Counted from the first letter of the stretch, positions 37,665 through 48,611 are shown. The stretch is 64,000 bases of DNA from Alphaproteobacteria bacterium (GCA_965232515.1 CBDDPY010000002.1:4672001-4736000); one strand, 5' to 3'. The notes: generated from the letters alone by a model not told the origin. Made by a program: numbers and translations.

Positions 37665-39139
37665 AACACCTTCTCGCGCTGGCGCTCGCCGCGCTGGTGA
37701 TCCTGCCGCCTGCCATGGCGCCGGCGGAACCGATCCCGCTGACCATCGACGCGGCGACGCCTGAACAGGTCGACGCGCTCGACGAACGGTTGCGGGCGCT
37801 ATCGGCCACCGTCGAAGCCATGGGCGATGTCCGGGGCGATATGGCGGCCGTCAGGGCCGATCTGGCGACGCTGGCGGCCGACGTGGCCGCGCTCAGGAAC
37901 GACGTCACGGCGCTGATCGAGACCGTCGGCCAGCATACGGGCACGCTCGCGGACAATGCCGCTGATGTCGCCGATATCGAGGCCAAGCTTGCGGACATCG
38001 AAGGGCGCGTCACGGATCTGGAAGCCCGGTTGAAGCCCGACCCCGTTGTCATCGCGCGGACGGAAACCGAATTGCGCGTGCTGGCGGCCGCGGCGCCGAT
38101 CCTTGCGTACAACAGGCCGGGGCCGGATCGGGTGGCGTGCAGCCGGGATTGGCCCTGTATCGCGGACTTGAACGCAAATCCGCAGTATCAGGGCCGGCCG
38201 TTCGTCTATGGCTCGATCCTTCAGGCCGATCGCGCCTGGCGGGATTGGCGGGCGAAGGGCATTGCCATCGTGCCGGGGCTGCACAACATGCGGCGGATCG
38301 GCACCTATACGGACAGCCGGCCGAAGACATCGAACGAGAACTTCGCCCGGCATGCCACGCTGATCCGGGCGCAGGACAAGACCGCCTTTACCGAGATCGA
38401 TTGCCGCGATGGCTGGCCGCGCGGCGGGGACTTCTGCTGGCAGCACGTCGGCGACTTCGTGCAGACGTTCGAGGGCTTCCGCATCTGCGGCGCGCTGGCG
38501 AAGAACCGCCGGGCTAACCTCGGGGCGCCGAGCGGCAAGGACTCGCGCATCGTCACCATCGGCATGACGCTGTGCGAGGGCGACAACGGCATCCGCACCA
38601 CGGGCCGGTGGGTGGCGATGTTCGATACCCGCATGTTCGACAATGCCAACAGCGGCCAGGCGCACGGGGCCTACATCTCGAACGACAACAAGCGCGGCGT
38701 GACCTGCCCCATCGTCGTGGCCGTCAACGTGGTCTCGACCGGCAATCGGCTGGCGCACGGTCTGAAATGGCGCTGCGCCAAGGCCTATGTCAAAGGCGGT
38801 GTCTACGAGAGCGCCAACGGCTTCTGCATCGACAATGCCGAGGGCGGCGACGCGCTGATCGAGGGCATCACCTGCCTGAAGCCGCCCGGCAGCCAGTGGG
38901 TGGCGATCGCGCACGGCCGCGACAAGGCGAACCACGACGGCACGCCGGCGAAGGACTACACGCGAACGCATCTCTGCCGGCACAAGGGCCGAATGGTCCT
39001 GCGCCACGTCAAGGTCAAGGTCACGCGGCAGACCGGCGCTGAGATCTGGCTGCACCCGTTCGCATGTAACGGCGGCGATATCATTAGTCTGACAAAGGAA
39101 GGCGCGGCCGGCACAAGCGGACCGTGGCGGGTGCTCTAA
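37661..39139 (+). CDS. Exported coiled-coil + Cys-rich right-handed beta-helix-like protein
   Basis: ATGA overlap, signal peptide MKHLLALALAALVILPPAMA, about 90-aa heptad region, then DNGI..HGAYI..HGLK..IDNAEGG pattern. Confidence 0.7.
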   Translation: MKHLLALALAALVILPPAMAPAEPIPLTIDAATPEQVDALDERLRALSATVEAMGDVRGDMAAVRADLATLAADVAALRNDVTALIETVGQHTGTLADNAADVADIEAKLADIEGRVTDLEARLKPDPVVIARTETELRVLAAAAPILAYNRPGPDRVACSRDWPCIADLNANPQYQGRPFVYGSILQADRAWRDWRAKGIAIVPGLHNMRRIGTYTDSRPKTSNENFARHATLIRAQDKTAFTEIDCRDGWPRGGDFCWQHVGDFVQTFEGFRICGALAKNRRANLGAPSGKDSRIVTIGMTLCEGDNGIRTTGRWVAMFDTRMFDNANSGQAHGAYISNDNKRGVTCPIVVAVNVVSTGNRLAHGLKWRCAKAYVKGGVYESANGFCIDNAEGGDALIEGITCLKPPGSQWVAIAHGRDKANHDGTPAKDYTRTHLCRHKGRMVLRHVKVKVTRQTGAEIWLHPFACNGGDIISLTKEGAAGTSGPWRVL

Positions 39140-39273
39140 TGAATGGAAATCAACTCTCTCTGATCGTCGCCGGCGCGGTGGTTTGTGCGCTGGCCGTGGC
39201 CGCATCGCTGCTCGGCATCGATCTCGAGACACTGATGGGCGCGCTCGAGACCACACAGGAGCTATCGGAATGA
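39139..39273 (+). CDS. 44-aa single-TM protein (not in ORF track)
   Basis: TAATG overlap with the upstream stop and ATGA overlap with the next gene. Translation MNGNQLSLIVAGAVVCALAVAASLLGIDLETLMGALETTQELSE. Confidence 0.7.
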   Translation: MNGNQLSLIVAGAVVCALAVAASLLGIDLETLMGALETTQELSE

Positions 39274-39524
39274 GGCGCCGTTCTCTGACCCTCACCGCGG
39301 CGGCTACGGCCGCCGTTTTGATGTCGGGCTGTGTCTCAACCGTCATGCCCGAGGTGGGTTCCATCGACGACCTGATCATCGGCCGCATCCAAGGCGCGGT
39401 GAATGAGTACTGCCGAAAGCCGGAACCACTGCGGTTCGCCTATCGCGCCATTGCTGCGGATGCAACTTATCCACATGCGATCAGGATAGAGTGCGCCGAG
39501 GCATCGATCACCGATCCGACTTAA
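39270..39524 (+). CDS. Small lipoprotein
   Basis: AGGAG RBS, MRRRSLTLTAAATAAVLMSG-C lipobox, two further Cys. Confidence 0.7.
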   Translation: MRRRSLTLTAAATAAVLMSGCVSTVMPEVGSIDDLIIGRIQGAVNEYCRKPEPLRFAYRAIAADATYPHAIRIECAEASITDPT

Positions 39525-39642
39525 TTGGCGCCGATGCATCGGGGTGGAGCCTTGCAATGTTCTGCCGAGGTAGGCTAACCGACGTCCGCTCGCCACGTTC
39601 GGTCGCAAGCTCCAAATTTGATTCTCTGTCGCGCGACGCTAG

Positions 39643-39876
39643 CTAGTGTACGGAGCCGACCGGAATGTCGTTCTGGAATTCTTCGACAGCCGACATGACT
39701 TGCAGCCAAAGGTGCCATGATTCCAGATCTCCGGCATTGAAAGACTCGTCGGATAACTCGGCTGCCCGAATTGCAGCGTCGTCTCCATGGGCGTCAATCA
39801 GCGGAATGGCCAATCGCCAAATCTCGGCGTAGCTTACCGGACTGTTGGCGAGCGGTTCTGTGCTCCGACCGCGCAT
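39643..39876 (-). CDS. Small conserved hypothetical protein
   Basis: IWRLA..LIDAHGDDAAIRAA..GDLE....W..V..AVEE pattern typical of small alphaproteobacterial accessory proteins. Start uncertain. Confidence 0.65.
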   Translation of the reverse strand: MRGRSTEPLANSPVSYAEIWRLAIPLIDAHGDDAAIRAAELSDESFNAGDLESWHLWLQVMSAVEEFQNDIPVGSVH

Positions 39877-40531
39877 GTTATCAGCGCCTTTCGCATTGTC
39901 GGCACACGGACTGGTAATACTTGAAACAGCCGTGATGCTGAGAACGAACAGAGATTTCACGCATCTCTGGAAGCAGATGCAGTCGCCAAGTACCTGACGA
40001 CAGATATGCTCTATTGCGCCACGAGTTTGTTAATGAAGAGTAAAAGAAGCAATTTGTTGAGCCCTCGTTATGAACAGGTTGCGAGATTCTGTCCTTAATG
40101 AAATTTCGGTTGTATTGTTCGACCAGACATATTCGTCGATAAATTGTTAAATCGGATTGGGGAGGTTTGCAATAGAAATCACGGCTGAATCTCTACTAGA
40201 TCCATTGGCGCCTTTCTGTACTGCCGAAAAATTCAGGCTCAAATAGTATTCCTGTCTCCAAAGCAAACAGAAAAATACTAATGATCTCTCAATTATCGAA
40301 AATTCTCTTGCCCACAATTTGTCAAAAGGGTGTAAAACTTATCATAATTATATTTTATATTGAGGTGATGCGTTCTAATTTTCAACTTCGATTCTTGATC
40401 TAGATCACCGTTTCAATTTTGCGACTGGATTGTATTCAAAACTTAGTCGCGCACCGCACGACAGACCATGCGGTCACTAAATACCGGTTGGCGAAAGTAT
40501 TGGTATATTGATTATTTTGGAGGCTTTTGAT

Positions 40532-41035
40532 CTAGATTATTTCAAGTGAATCCGCCATAGGCCCTTTATGGCCCATTCGTACCGACAAACGCACACGCTG
40601 GTCGGGGGCGAGTGTCACCAACCCAGCACGTTCCAAAGTGCGACCCGAGACGAATATATCCTTACTGCCGTCATCCGGTGTGACAAATCCAAATCCTCTT
40701 TCGGAACTGAAGAATTTGACTTTGCCTTCAACCGTTTGATTGCCGTGATCCGATCCCATTGATTGAACCGGCGTTTCCGGCATGGAGGTAATGCTGTGAA
40801 TAGCTGCGACCTGAGGCCCGCGGCGCCCTTCCGACAAGTCACAGACAATCGATGCTCCTGGGGGAAGGGTGGCGTGTCCTGAACGCTCGACGACCGAAAT
40901 ATGGAGGAACGCATCGGGCGATCCATCTTCCGGTTGAACAAATCCAAATCCCTTTGTTGGATTGAACCACTTAACAACTGCACTAATGTTGTGCTGTGTG
41001 ATTTCAGGTTCGCTGAAATTGCGCCCGTCGGTCAT
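40532..41035 (-). CDS. Cold-shock protein with two CSD domains
   Basis: VKWFNPTKGFGFV..DAFLHIS and VKFFSSERGFGFV..DIFVS. Confidence 0.92.
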   Translation of the reverse strand: MTDGRNFSEPEITQHNISAVVKWFNPTKGFGFVQPEDGSPDAFLHISVVERSGHATLPPGASIVCDLSEGRRGPQVAAIHSITSMPETPVQSMGSDHGNQTVEGKVKFFSSERGFGFVTPDDGSKDIFVSGRTLERAGLVTLAPDQRVRLSVRMGHKGPMADSLEII

Positions 41036-41689
41036 TTTTCGTGAGGCTCCGGAACAAAGTGATCGTAAACCGTTCCTAACTTAGCACTTGCACCTATGCT
41101 GTAAGGGCAATGCCTATCCTATTGGTGACCCATTCATTGGGTCGAATGAGCAGATCGGACATCTCGATCCGCACTGTCGCTCCTGTTCTTCGGGGAGAGG
41201 CCGCCGATGAAAAAGTCGCGGAAGCAGAGCTTAGCATAGCTTTTCTCGGAGATTATAGAATTGTTTCGCCGGTACTAGGAACCTTGAGCTGGTATGCCGG
41301 CATAGCAGAAGCGTAGAGCGGCGGCGAACGATCTGACTGGATGCACGGTGGTTGGCAGCTTTATTGGTTCAGTCTGCAATCCAGATGTGTGCTGACTGTG
41401 CTTGTTGTCCTGGTTGACCGAGCGTTTGCCGCTTACCGAGAACAATCCGCGTGCTACTGTTGTCTGTCAAACGTTTGGCTGGCACACCATCGTTCCGTCG
41501 ACGAGCGCCGCTCGAAGATGGTCGACGCGGCGGCGCGCCGAAGTTGTTAGAAAATCTCTACCGATGCTATGTTGCGCACCCGCTGGCAGACATCATATTA
41601 AGTCGCATATCTGCCTTAGTCTGGCGGGGTATGTTCAGACCCGATAGATATTGTGTTGGAAAACGATTGGCTTGAATAAGGCGGGGTCG

Positions 41690-42556
41690 ATGACGATCAA
41701 AAGCGTTCTCGCTCTTGTCGATGATGACATACCTGATGTTCAGCGAACTCTGGGGATCGGGTTCGAACTGGCCCACCGATTTTCTGCCCAACTGACATGC
41801 TTGCACGTCAAGAGTAATCCCCTGACGAGCTTGCCTTACATTACAGAGGGTATGTCGCCCATGGCTGTCGAGGGGCTGGTCGATTCGCTGCGCCATCGGG
41901 ATGATGAGCGGGCATTACGCGCCCGCGAAGTTTTCAATAGCGTTGCAGACCGGTTTGGCCTTCCATCGGATTCGAAATCAACTGACGACGCTGCCGGGGC
42001 CCTTTGGGTCGAGGAGGTTGGCCCTGAGGGCGCCGTCGTCAGCGAACGTGCGCGCGTAAGCGATTTGGTTGTGCTGAGCCATGCGATCGAGAACCAGTCT
42101 GATAGCGCGCGCGAGATCTTAGATTCGACCCTGTTCGACTCGGGGGCCCCAGTGCTCCTTATCCCGACCGGTGAGCATGAGACACCCGGTCGTCGGATCG
42201 GCATCGGATGGAACAAGGGAACGCTGGCTTCACGTGCTGTACGAAATGCCATGCCATTCCTTGAGCAAGCCGACGAGGTCGTGATCTTTCAAGTCGAAAC
42301 CGGCGCTAAGAGCGGTCCGTCGGCAGAAGATCTGGCCGCGTTCCTTGCTCTTCATAACGTCGTCGCTAGTGTCCGCCGCTTGATCCCCGATCGCCTGAGC
42401 GTTGCCGAGCGGCTACTGACTGAGGCGGTGAAGTCGGGCCTCGACATGCTGGTCATGGGCGCCTATTCGCACAGCAGGCTTGCGCAGATGGTGCTTGGTG
42501 GCGTGACTCACAACATTTTGAGCCGTACCGAACTGCCTATTCTGATGTCGCACTGA
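41690..42556 (+). CDS. Universal stress protein (tandem Usp)
   Basis: SDLVVL..PVLLIP, IGWN..ASRAVRNAMPFL and DMLVMGAYSHSRL..LGGVT motifs. Confidence 0.92.
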   Translation: MTIKSVLALVDDDIPDVQRTLGIGFELAHRFSAQLTCLHVKSNPLTSLPYITEGMSPMAVEGLVDSLRHRDDERALRAREVFNSVADRFGLPSDSKSTDDAAGALWVEEVGPEGAVVSERARVSDLVVLSHAIENQSDSAREILDSTLFDSGAPVLLIPTGEHETPGRRIGIGWNKGTLASRAVRNAMPFLEQADEVVIFQVETGAKSGPSAEDLAAFLALHNVVASVRRLIPDRLSVAERLLTEAVKSGLDMLVMGAYSHSRLAQMVLGGVTHNILSRTELPILMSH

Positions 42557-42725
42557 ATAACTGGGGATCGGGGCGCGGGCGTAGTTTTGATGCCTGTAAT
42601 GAGTCAGCCCCTATTTTCCATCGATTCCGATCGTTGGTTCTGACACTCCAGATGTCACGCGTTCGCGGCTTCACCACCATCTGATAGCCGACCCGAATAA
42701 AATCGCTTGCACTCCCGAGATCTGA

Positions 42726-42754
42726 ATTTCATCGTACTGTCATTAAAACTTCAC
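42726..42754 (+). promoter_or_regulatory. Pho box (PhoB-binding repeats) upstream of ugpB
   Basis: ATTTCAT-CGTA-CTGTCAT-TAAA-ACTTCAC. TCA(T/C) cores at 42729, 42740 and 42751 give an 11-bp period. Confidence 0.7.
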
Positions 42755-42833
42755 AGAACCCAATGACAAATTGGGTCAAGGCCTCGATCGCTATCCGGGG
42801 TCGACGTGCATTCAGTCAGGGAGGCTAGTCCTA

Positions 42834-44153
42834 ATGAAACGCATACGAATTGGTTTTGGTGCGGCTATTGCGTTGATCGGCCTCGGAGCGGCGCACGCGC
42901 ATGCCGCTGTCGAGGTGCAATGGTGGCACGCTATGGGCGGGCGCTTGGGCGAAAAGGTCAACGCGATTGCGGAGGGCTTTAACGCGTCCCAGCCCGATTA
43001 CAAAGTCGTGCCGGTCTACAAAGGCAACTATACGGAGACGATGACCGGCGCGATTGCGGCCTTTCGCGCAAAGCAGCACCCCCACATTGTCCAGGTGTTC
43101 GAAGTCGGCACCGCGACGATGATGGCTGCCAAAGGCGCAATCTACCCCGTTTACAAGCTGATGGCCGACGCCGGCGAGTCATTCGATCCGGAGGCCTATC
43201 TGCCTTCGGTGACGGGGTACTACACCGATACCGACGGCAACATGCTGTCGATGCCATTCAACAGCTCGACGCCGGTGCTGTACTACAACAAAGACGCGTT
43301 CAAGAAGGCGGGACTGGATCCGAATACGCCGCCGGCGACTTGGCCGGCATTGGGAGAGGCCGCAAAGAAGCTGCAGGCCGCCGGCTATGCTTGCGGGTTC
43401 ACCACGGGATGGCAATCGTGGGTGCAACTCGAGAATTTCAGCGCGTGGCACAACGTGGCGTTTGCATCCGAGTCGAATGGCTTCGCCGGATTGAACACTG
43501 AGCTGAAGTTCAACAGCCCCTTGCATGTGACCCATATCGGCCAGCTCGCCGAATGGCAGAAGTCGAAAATCTTCGACTATGGCGGCCGCCGATCAGACAG
43601 CGCGCCAAAGTTCTATAACCAGGAATGCACGATGTATATGAACTCGTCGGCCGCCTATGCCGGCGTGAGTTCCAACACCAAAGACTTTGAGTTCGGTGTC
43701 GGCAAGCTGCCCTACTGGCCAAGTGCCGACGGCGCGCCGCAGAATTCGATAATCGGCGGCGCCACGTTGTGGGTGCTTGCCGGTCATGATTCGGCTGAAT
43801 ACAAAGGAGTTGCGAAGTTCTTCAGCTACCTTTCTTCGGCCGCAGTGCAGGCCGATTGGCATCAGTTCACCGGCTATCTGCCGATCACTACGGCAGCTGC
43901 CGACCTGACCCGCGAGCAGGGATTCTACGACCAGAAGCCCGGCACCGACACGGCCATTAAACAGATGACGAACAAGGTGCCGACGGCCAACTCAAAAGGG
44001 CTGCGGCTCGGAAACTTCGTTCAGATTCGGGATGTCATCAACGAGGAACTCGAGGCGATCTGGTCGGGTCAGAAGACGGCCCAGGAAGGACTTGATGACG
44101 CGGTCGCCCGTGGCAACAAGCTTCTGCGATCGTTCGAGAAGGCCAATATGTAA
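42834..44153 (+). CDS. ugpB: sn-glycerol-3-phosphate ABC transporter substrate-binding protein
   Basis: WWHAMGG, QVFEVGTATMM, SMPFNSSTPVLYYNKDAF and APQNSIIGGATLW motifs. Confidence 0.96.
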   Translation: MKRIRIGFGAAIALIGLGAAHAHAAVEVQWWHAMGGRLGEKVNAIAEGFNASQPDYKVVPVYKGNYTETMTGAIAAFRAKQHPHIVQVFEVGTATMMAAKGAIYPVYKLMADAGESFDPEAYLPSVTGYYTDTDGNMLSMPFNSSTPVLYYNKDAFKKAGLDPNTPPATWPALGEAAKKLQAAGYACGFTTGWQSWVQLENFSAWHNVAFASESNGFAGLNTELKFNSPLHVTHIGQLAEWQKSKIFDYGGRRSDSAPKFYNQECTMYMNSSAAYAGVSSNTKDFEFGVGKLPYWPSADGAPQNSIIGGATLWVLAGHDSAEYKGVAKFFSYLSSAAVQADWHQFTGYLPITTAAADLTREQGFYDQKPGTDTAIKQMTNKVPTANSKGLRLGNFVQIRDVINEELEAIWSGQKTAQEGLDDAVARGNKLLRSFEKANM

Positions 44154-44243
44154 CTGAACAAGATGCGGTAGTCCGCATTTGCTTCGGACGGGGCCGTCGA
44201 TGTGCTCGGCGGTCCCGGTTCCGGAGCAGATCGGCAAGCCGAC

Positions 44244-45125
44244 ATGAAAAAGCGCATCGTCTTCAATCATCGGGTTCTGCCCTACCTGCTGCTTGCGCCG
44301 CAGATTCTGATCACCCTCGTGTTCTTTATCTGGCCGGCATCGCAGGCCCTCTATCAGTCACTGCTGATCGAGGATGCGTTCGGGCTGTCGACCCAGTTTG
44401 TTTGGTTTGAAAATTTCTCTGAACTCGTTGGTGACGAGTTCTATCTCAATTCGTTCAATGTGACGGTCATCTTCTCGGCCGCGACGGCATTTCTGGCGAT
44501 GTCGACATCGCTGTTGCTGGCGGTCATGGCCGACCGGATTATTAAGGGGGCAACGGGTTACAAGACGCTGCTAATCTGGCCGTACGCTGTTGCGCCGGCT
44601 GTCGCCGGCGTCTTGTGGTGGTTCATGTTCAACCCCTCGATCGGTGTCGCCGCCTACATCCTGCGGGTGTTCGGGTACGATTGGAACCACACGCTCGACG
44701 GCGGAGATGCGATGATCCTCATCATCATCGCCGCGGCGTGGAAGCAGATCAGTTACAATTTCCTGTTCTTCCTCGCCGGCCTGCAGGCAATACCCAAATC
44801 CCTGATCGAAGCGGCCGCCATCGATGGCGCATCGCCGCTCAAACGTTTCTGGACCATCGTTTTCCCACTGCTCTCGCCGACCACGTTCTTCCTGCTCGTG
44901 GTCAACGTCGTATACGCATTCTTCGACACGTTCGGTATCGTGCATGCCACCACCAGCGGCGGCCCGGCTAAGGCGACGGAGATCATGGTCTATAAGGTAT
45001 TCAACGACGGCTTCGTCGCATTGGATCTCGGTGGTTCGGCAGCGCAATCCGTTGTGCTGATGCTGATCGTCATCACCCTGACCGTGGTGCAGTTCCGCTA
45101 CATCGAACGACGGGTTGAATACTGA
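44244..45125 (+). CDS. ugpA: G3P ABC transporter permease
   Basis: [25 protein letters not shown] and EAAAIDGA motifs. Confidence 0.95.
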   Translation: MKKRIVFNHRVLPYLLLAPQILITLVFFIWPASQALYQSLLIEDAFGLSTQFVWFENFSELVGDEFYLNSFNVTVIFSAATAFLAMSTSLLLAVMADRIIKGATGYKTLLIWPYAVAPAVAGVLWWFMFNPSIGVAAYILRVFGYDWNHTLDGGDAMILIIIAAAWKQISYNFLFFLAGLQAIPKSLIEAAAIDGASPLKRFWTIVFPLLSPTTFFLLVVNVVYAFFDTFGIVHATTSGGPAKATEIMVYKVFNDGFVALDLGGSAAQSVVLMLIVITLTVVQFRYIERRVEY

Positions 45126-45973
45126 TGGTCGAGAACCGGCGATATCTCACCTACGTGGCGCACGTGACGTTGATCCTGGGCATTTTGATCGTTGCCTTTC
45201 CGATTTGGGTCACCTTCGTCGCCTCGACCCACGAGCCTCAGGACCTGCTGACATCGCCCGTGCCGATATGGCCGGGCGGGGCATTTCTGGACAATTATCG
45301 GAAGGTACTGGGCGTTGGACTGGAAGCCGCCGGCGGTGTGCCGGTCGGCACAATGATGTTCAATAGTCTGATCATGGCGTTGGCAATTACCATCGGCAAA
45401 ATCGCGATTTCCATCATCGCCGCCTACGCCATTGTTTATTTCGATTTCCCATTCCGCATGACGGCGTTCTGGTTGATCTTCGTAACGCTGATGTTGCCGG
45501 TCGAGGTGCGCATCCTGCCGACCTTCAAGGTCGTCGCCGATCTCGGCATGCTCAACAGCTACGCTGGATTGTCCGTGCCGCTAATCGCAAGCGCCACGGC
45601 GACCTTCCTGTTCCGACAGTTCTTCCTGACGGTTCCCGAAGAGTTGATGGAAGCGGCGCGCATCGACGGGGCCGGGCCAATCAAGTTTTTCCGTGATGTC
45701 CTGCTGCCGCTATCGCGCACCAACATCGCGGCGCTTTTCGTGATCCTGTTTATCTTCGGCTGGAACCAGTACCTCTGGCCTTTGCTGATCACAACTGACG
45801 AATCGTTCTACACGATCGTCATGGGCATTCAGCGCATGGTGACGGTCGCCGACGCCGAACCGCAGTGGCATCTGGTGATGGCGACAACCATGCTGGCGAT
45901 GCTGCCGCCCGTGGTCGTCGTAATCTTCATGCAGCAGCTGTTTGTCAAAGGTCTGGTCGAAGTCGAGAAATGA
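45125..45973 (+). CDS. ugpE: G3P ABC transporter permease
   Basis: MVENR, TLMLPVEVRI, ASATATFLFRQFF and KGLVE motifs. Confidence 0.95.
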   Translation: MVENRRYLTYVAHVTLILGILIVAFPIWVTFVASTHEPQDLLTSPVPIWPGGAFLDNYRKVLGVGLEAAGGVPVGTMMFNSLIMALAITIGKIAISIIAAYAIVYFDFPFRMTAFWLIFVTLMLPVEVRILPTFKVVADLGMLNSYAGLSVPLIASATATFLFRQFFLTVPEELMEAARIDGAGPIKFFRDVLLPLSRTNIAALFVILFIFGWNQYLWPLLITTDESFYTIVMGIQRMVTVADAEPQWHLVMATTMLAMLPPVVVVIFMQQLFVKGLVEVEK

Positions 45974-45997
45974 CGAACCGGGAGGCATGGGGGGCTC

Positions 45998-47086
45998 ATG
46001 GCTGACGTCCAATTGCGGGGGGTAAAGAAGGACTATCCAGGCGGCTTTCGCGCCATTCATGGCATTGACATGCACATCGCCGACGGCGAGTTCATCGTCA
46101 TCGTGGGGCCGTCGGGGTGTGGAAAGTCAACCCTCATGCGCATGGTGGCGGGGCTTGAGCGCGTCACGGAAGGCGACATCCTGATCGGTGAGCGCGTTGT
46201 GAACGAGGTCGAGCCGGCAGACCGCAACATCGCCATGGTGTTTCAAAACTACGCGCTCTATCCGCACATGACGGTATTCGACAACATGGCCTACGGGTTG
46301 CGGAATCGTCGGACGCCGAAACCCGAAATTGAAAAGCGCGTCGCGGCGGCGGCGGAGATACTCGAACTTCAGGGGTTGTTGGACCGTCGGCCGCGCCAGC
46401 TATCGGGCGGTCAGCGACAGCGCGTCGCGATGGGTCGGGCGATCGTCCGCGAGCCCTCGGTTTTCCTGTTTGATGAACCGCTGTCGAACCTGGATGCCAA
46501 GCTGCGGGTGCAGATGCGGCTGGAGATTAGGAAGCTGCATCAAACGCTCGGCGTGACCAGCATCTACGTGACGCATGATCAGGTCGAAGCCATGACATTG
46601 GCCGATCGTCTGGTAGTGATGAATGCGGGCATTGCTGAGCAGATCGGCACGCCGATGCAGGTCTACCGCCTGCCGGCCACAACGTATGTGGCTGGTTTCA
46701 TCGGCTCACCGGCGATGAATTTCATCTCCGCGCGCCTCGGCCCCGACGGGACCGATGTGGAGTTGCCGGCCGGCGGGCGGCTGCCGCTCTCGAACGGCGC
46801 GCTCGCTTCCCAGGCCGGTCGTGAGGTGACGTTGGGCATCCGTCCTGAGCATCTTACCGTCGCAGGTTCTAGCGAAGGCGTGGTCCAGCTCAATGTCGAG
46901 GTGATCGAGCAGCTTGGCGCCGATCTCCTGGTACACGGTCATTTCGGCAGCGACCGAACGGACGTCACCCTGCGCTTGGCCGGTTCGACACCTGTGAACG
47001 CTGGCGATGTCCTGCCCCTTGTCGCGGCGCCGGAGAGCCTTCATCTGTTCGACCGCGAAAACGGAAATCGATTACAGACGACCTGA
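45998..47086 (+). CDS. ugpC: G3P ABC transporter ATP-binding protein
   Basis: [21 protein letters not shown] and [14 protein letters not shown] motifs. Follows ugpBAE. Confidence 0.95.
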   Translation: MADVQLRGVKKDYPGGFRAIHGIDMHIADGEFIVIVGPSGCGKSTLMRMVAGLERVTEGDILIGERVVNEVEPADRNIAMVFQNYALYPHMTVFDNMAYGLRNRRTPKPEIEKRVAAAAEILELQGLLDRRPRQLSGGQRQRVAMGRAIVREPSVFLFDEPLSNLDAKLRVQMRLEIRKLHQTLGVTSIYVTHDQVEAMTLADRLVVMNAGIAEQIGTPMQVYRLPATTYVAGFIGSPAMNFISARLGPDGTDVELPAGGRLPLSNGALASQAGREVTLGIRPEHLTVAGSSEGVVQLNVEVIEQLGADLLVHGHFGSDRTDVTLRLAGSTPVNAGDVLPLVAAPESLHLFDRENGNRLQTT

Positions 47087-47171
47087 CCCGCCAGTCGTTT
47101 CGACATGAGATGCGGCATCGCGATGTGTTGATCGCATAGCCGGTTCAACACCTGCTGTCCGGTGTATCCGT

Positions 47172-47200
47172 GGGCCCCGCTTCGGCGGGGCCCTTTTTTT
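47172..47200 (+). terminator. Rho-independent terminator after ugpC
   Basis: GGGCCCCGC-TTCG-GCGGGGCCC followed by T7. Confidence 0.9.
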
Positions 47201-47387
47201 GTGCTTTCAGGGCTATCTTGACAAACCGGGCCGACAGCCGCCCGACATTTGGCCGCGTGGCGGTCCATTGCGATTGACAGGCGACGGCGCAAAACATATG
47301 TGAGACGGAGAGGACGCCTGTTTCACGCCCACGCGTTGGACGGACAGGCGTTTTCGTTGTTTGCCGGTTGAAGGGGAGGTCAATCGA

Positions 47388-48611
47388 ATGCCGCTGACCG
47401 CGATTCGTGAGTTTCTTCGGCACGAGTCGGCCAGCGGACTAATTCTCCTCGCGGCCGCTGTGCTCGCGCTCATTCTCGATAACACCCCGCTGGCTTGGCT
47501 TTACGACAGCCTGCTGGCAACGCCGATGGCCGTGCAGGTCGGCCAGCTTGAAATCCACAAACCGCTGCTGCTGTGGATCAACGACGGCCTGATGGCCGTG
47601 TTTTTCTTCCTCGTCGGCCTTGAGATTAAGCGCGAGGTTCTCGAAGGCGAGTTGTCGTCCCGCGCCCAGATCGCCCTGCCCGGCATGGCGGCCATCGGTG
47701 GCATGGCGGTCCCGGCCGTCATCTACGCGGCGATCAATTGGGGTGACGACGTCGCGCTGCGCGGCTGGGCGATCCCGGCGGCGACGGATATCGCGTTTGC
47801 GCTCGGCATTCTATCGCTTGTCGGCGCGCGCGTGCCCATCGCATTGAAGATCTTTCTCTTGGCGCTGGCGATCCTGGATGACCTCGGCGCCATCGTTATT
47901 ATCGCGTTGTTCTATACGGCCGACCTGTCGACCGAGGCGTTGGCCCTGAGCGGTATCTGCCTTGTGGCGCTCGTCGTCATCAACCGCCTGGGGGTGATGC
48001 GTGTTGCGCCATATATTCTGATCGGCGCCGTCATGTGGGTATGCGTGCTGAAGTCAGGCGTGCATGCGACGCTCGCGGGCGTGGCCCTGGCGATGGCGAT
48101 CCCTCTGCGCACCAGGGGCCAGGCCAGCGTCGCGCCGTTGCGCGGGCTCGAACATATGTTGCATCCCTGGGTCGCCTATCTGGTGTTGCCCGCATTCGCG
48201 TTCGCGAACGCCGGCGTCTCGTTGTCGGGATTGTCGTTTGCCAGCTTGCTCGCGCCGGTACCATTAGGTATCGCGGCCGGTCTGTTCTTTGGCAAACAGC
48301 TCGGTATCCTGGGGTTCGTCCGGGCTGCGGTTTGGCTTGGCTTATGCCGCCTGCCGACCGGAGTCACCTGGCTGCAGCTTTATGGCGTCTCGTTGCTCGC
48401 GGGCATTGGCTTCACCATGAGCCTGTTCATCGGCACGCTCGCATTCGAGGATCCTTCCTTCGCGACCGACGTCCGGCTTGGCGTGCTCGGCGGTTCGACC
48501 CTCGCCGGCGTGCTCGGTTACATCGTGCTGCGTTTCGCCACCCGCCCCAGCCTGGCCGCCGGGCCCGCCGAAGCCAAGAAAATGCGGGAAGCCGGCGCCA
48601 ACCCCCATTGA
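47388..48611 (+). CDS. nhaA: Na+/H+ antiporter
   Basis: [46 protein letters not shown] and [10 protein letters not shown] motifs. Confidence 0.96.
   Translation: MPLTAIREFLRHESASGLILLAAAVLALILDNTPLAWLYDSLLATPMAVQVGQLEIHKPLLLWINDGLMAVFFFLVGLEIKREVLEGELSSRAQIALPGMAAIGGMAVPAVIYAAINWGDDVALRGWAIPAATDIAFALGILSLVGARVPIALKIFLLALAILDDLGAIVIIALFYTADLSTEALALSGICLVALVVINRLGVMRVAPYILIGAVMWVCVLKSGVHATLAGVALAMAIPLRTRGQASVAPLRGLEHMLHPWVAYLVLPAFAFANAGVSLSGLSFASLLAPVPLGIAAGLFFGKQLGILGFVRAAVWLGLCRLPTGVTWLQLYGVSLLAGIGFTMSLFIGTLAFEDPSFATDVRLGVLGGSTLAGVLGYIVLRFATRPSLAAGPAEAKKMREAGANPH

Larger units (their letters stand above)
34490..39876. mobile_element. Prophage remnant (tail fibre plus tightly coupled membrane/lysis-like genes)
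   Basis: Tail-fibre-like gene followed by five abutting or overlapping small or secreted genes. No integrase, capsid or terminase in the window. Boundaries approximate. Confidence 0.7.
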
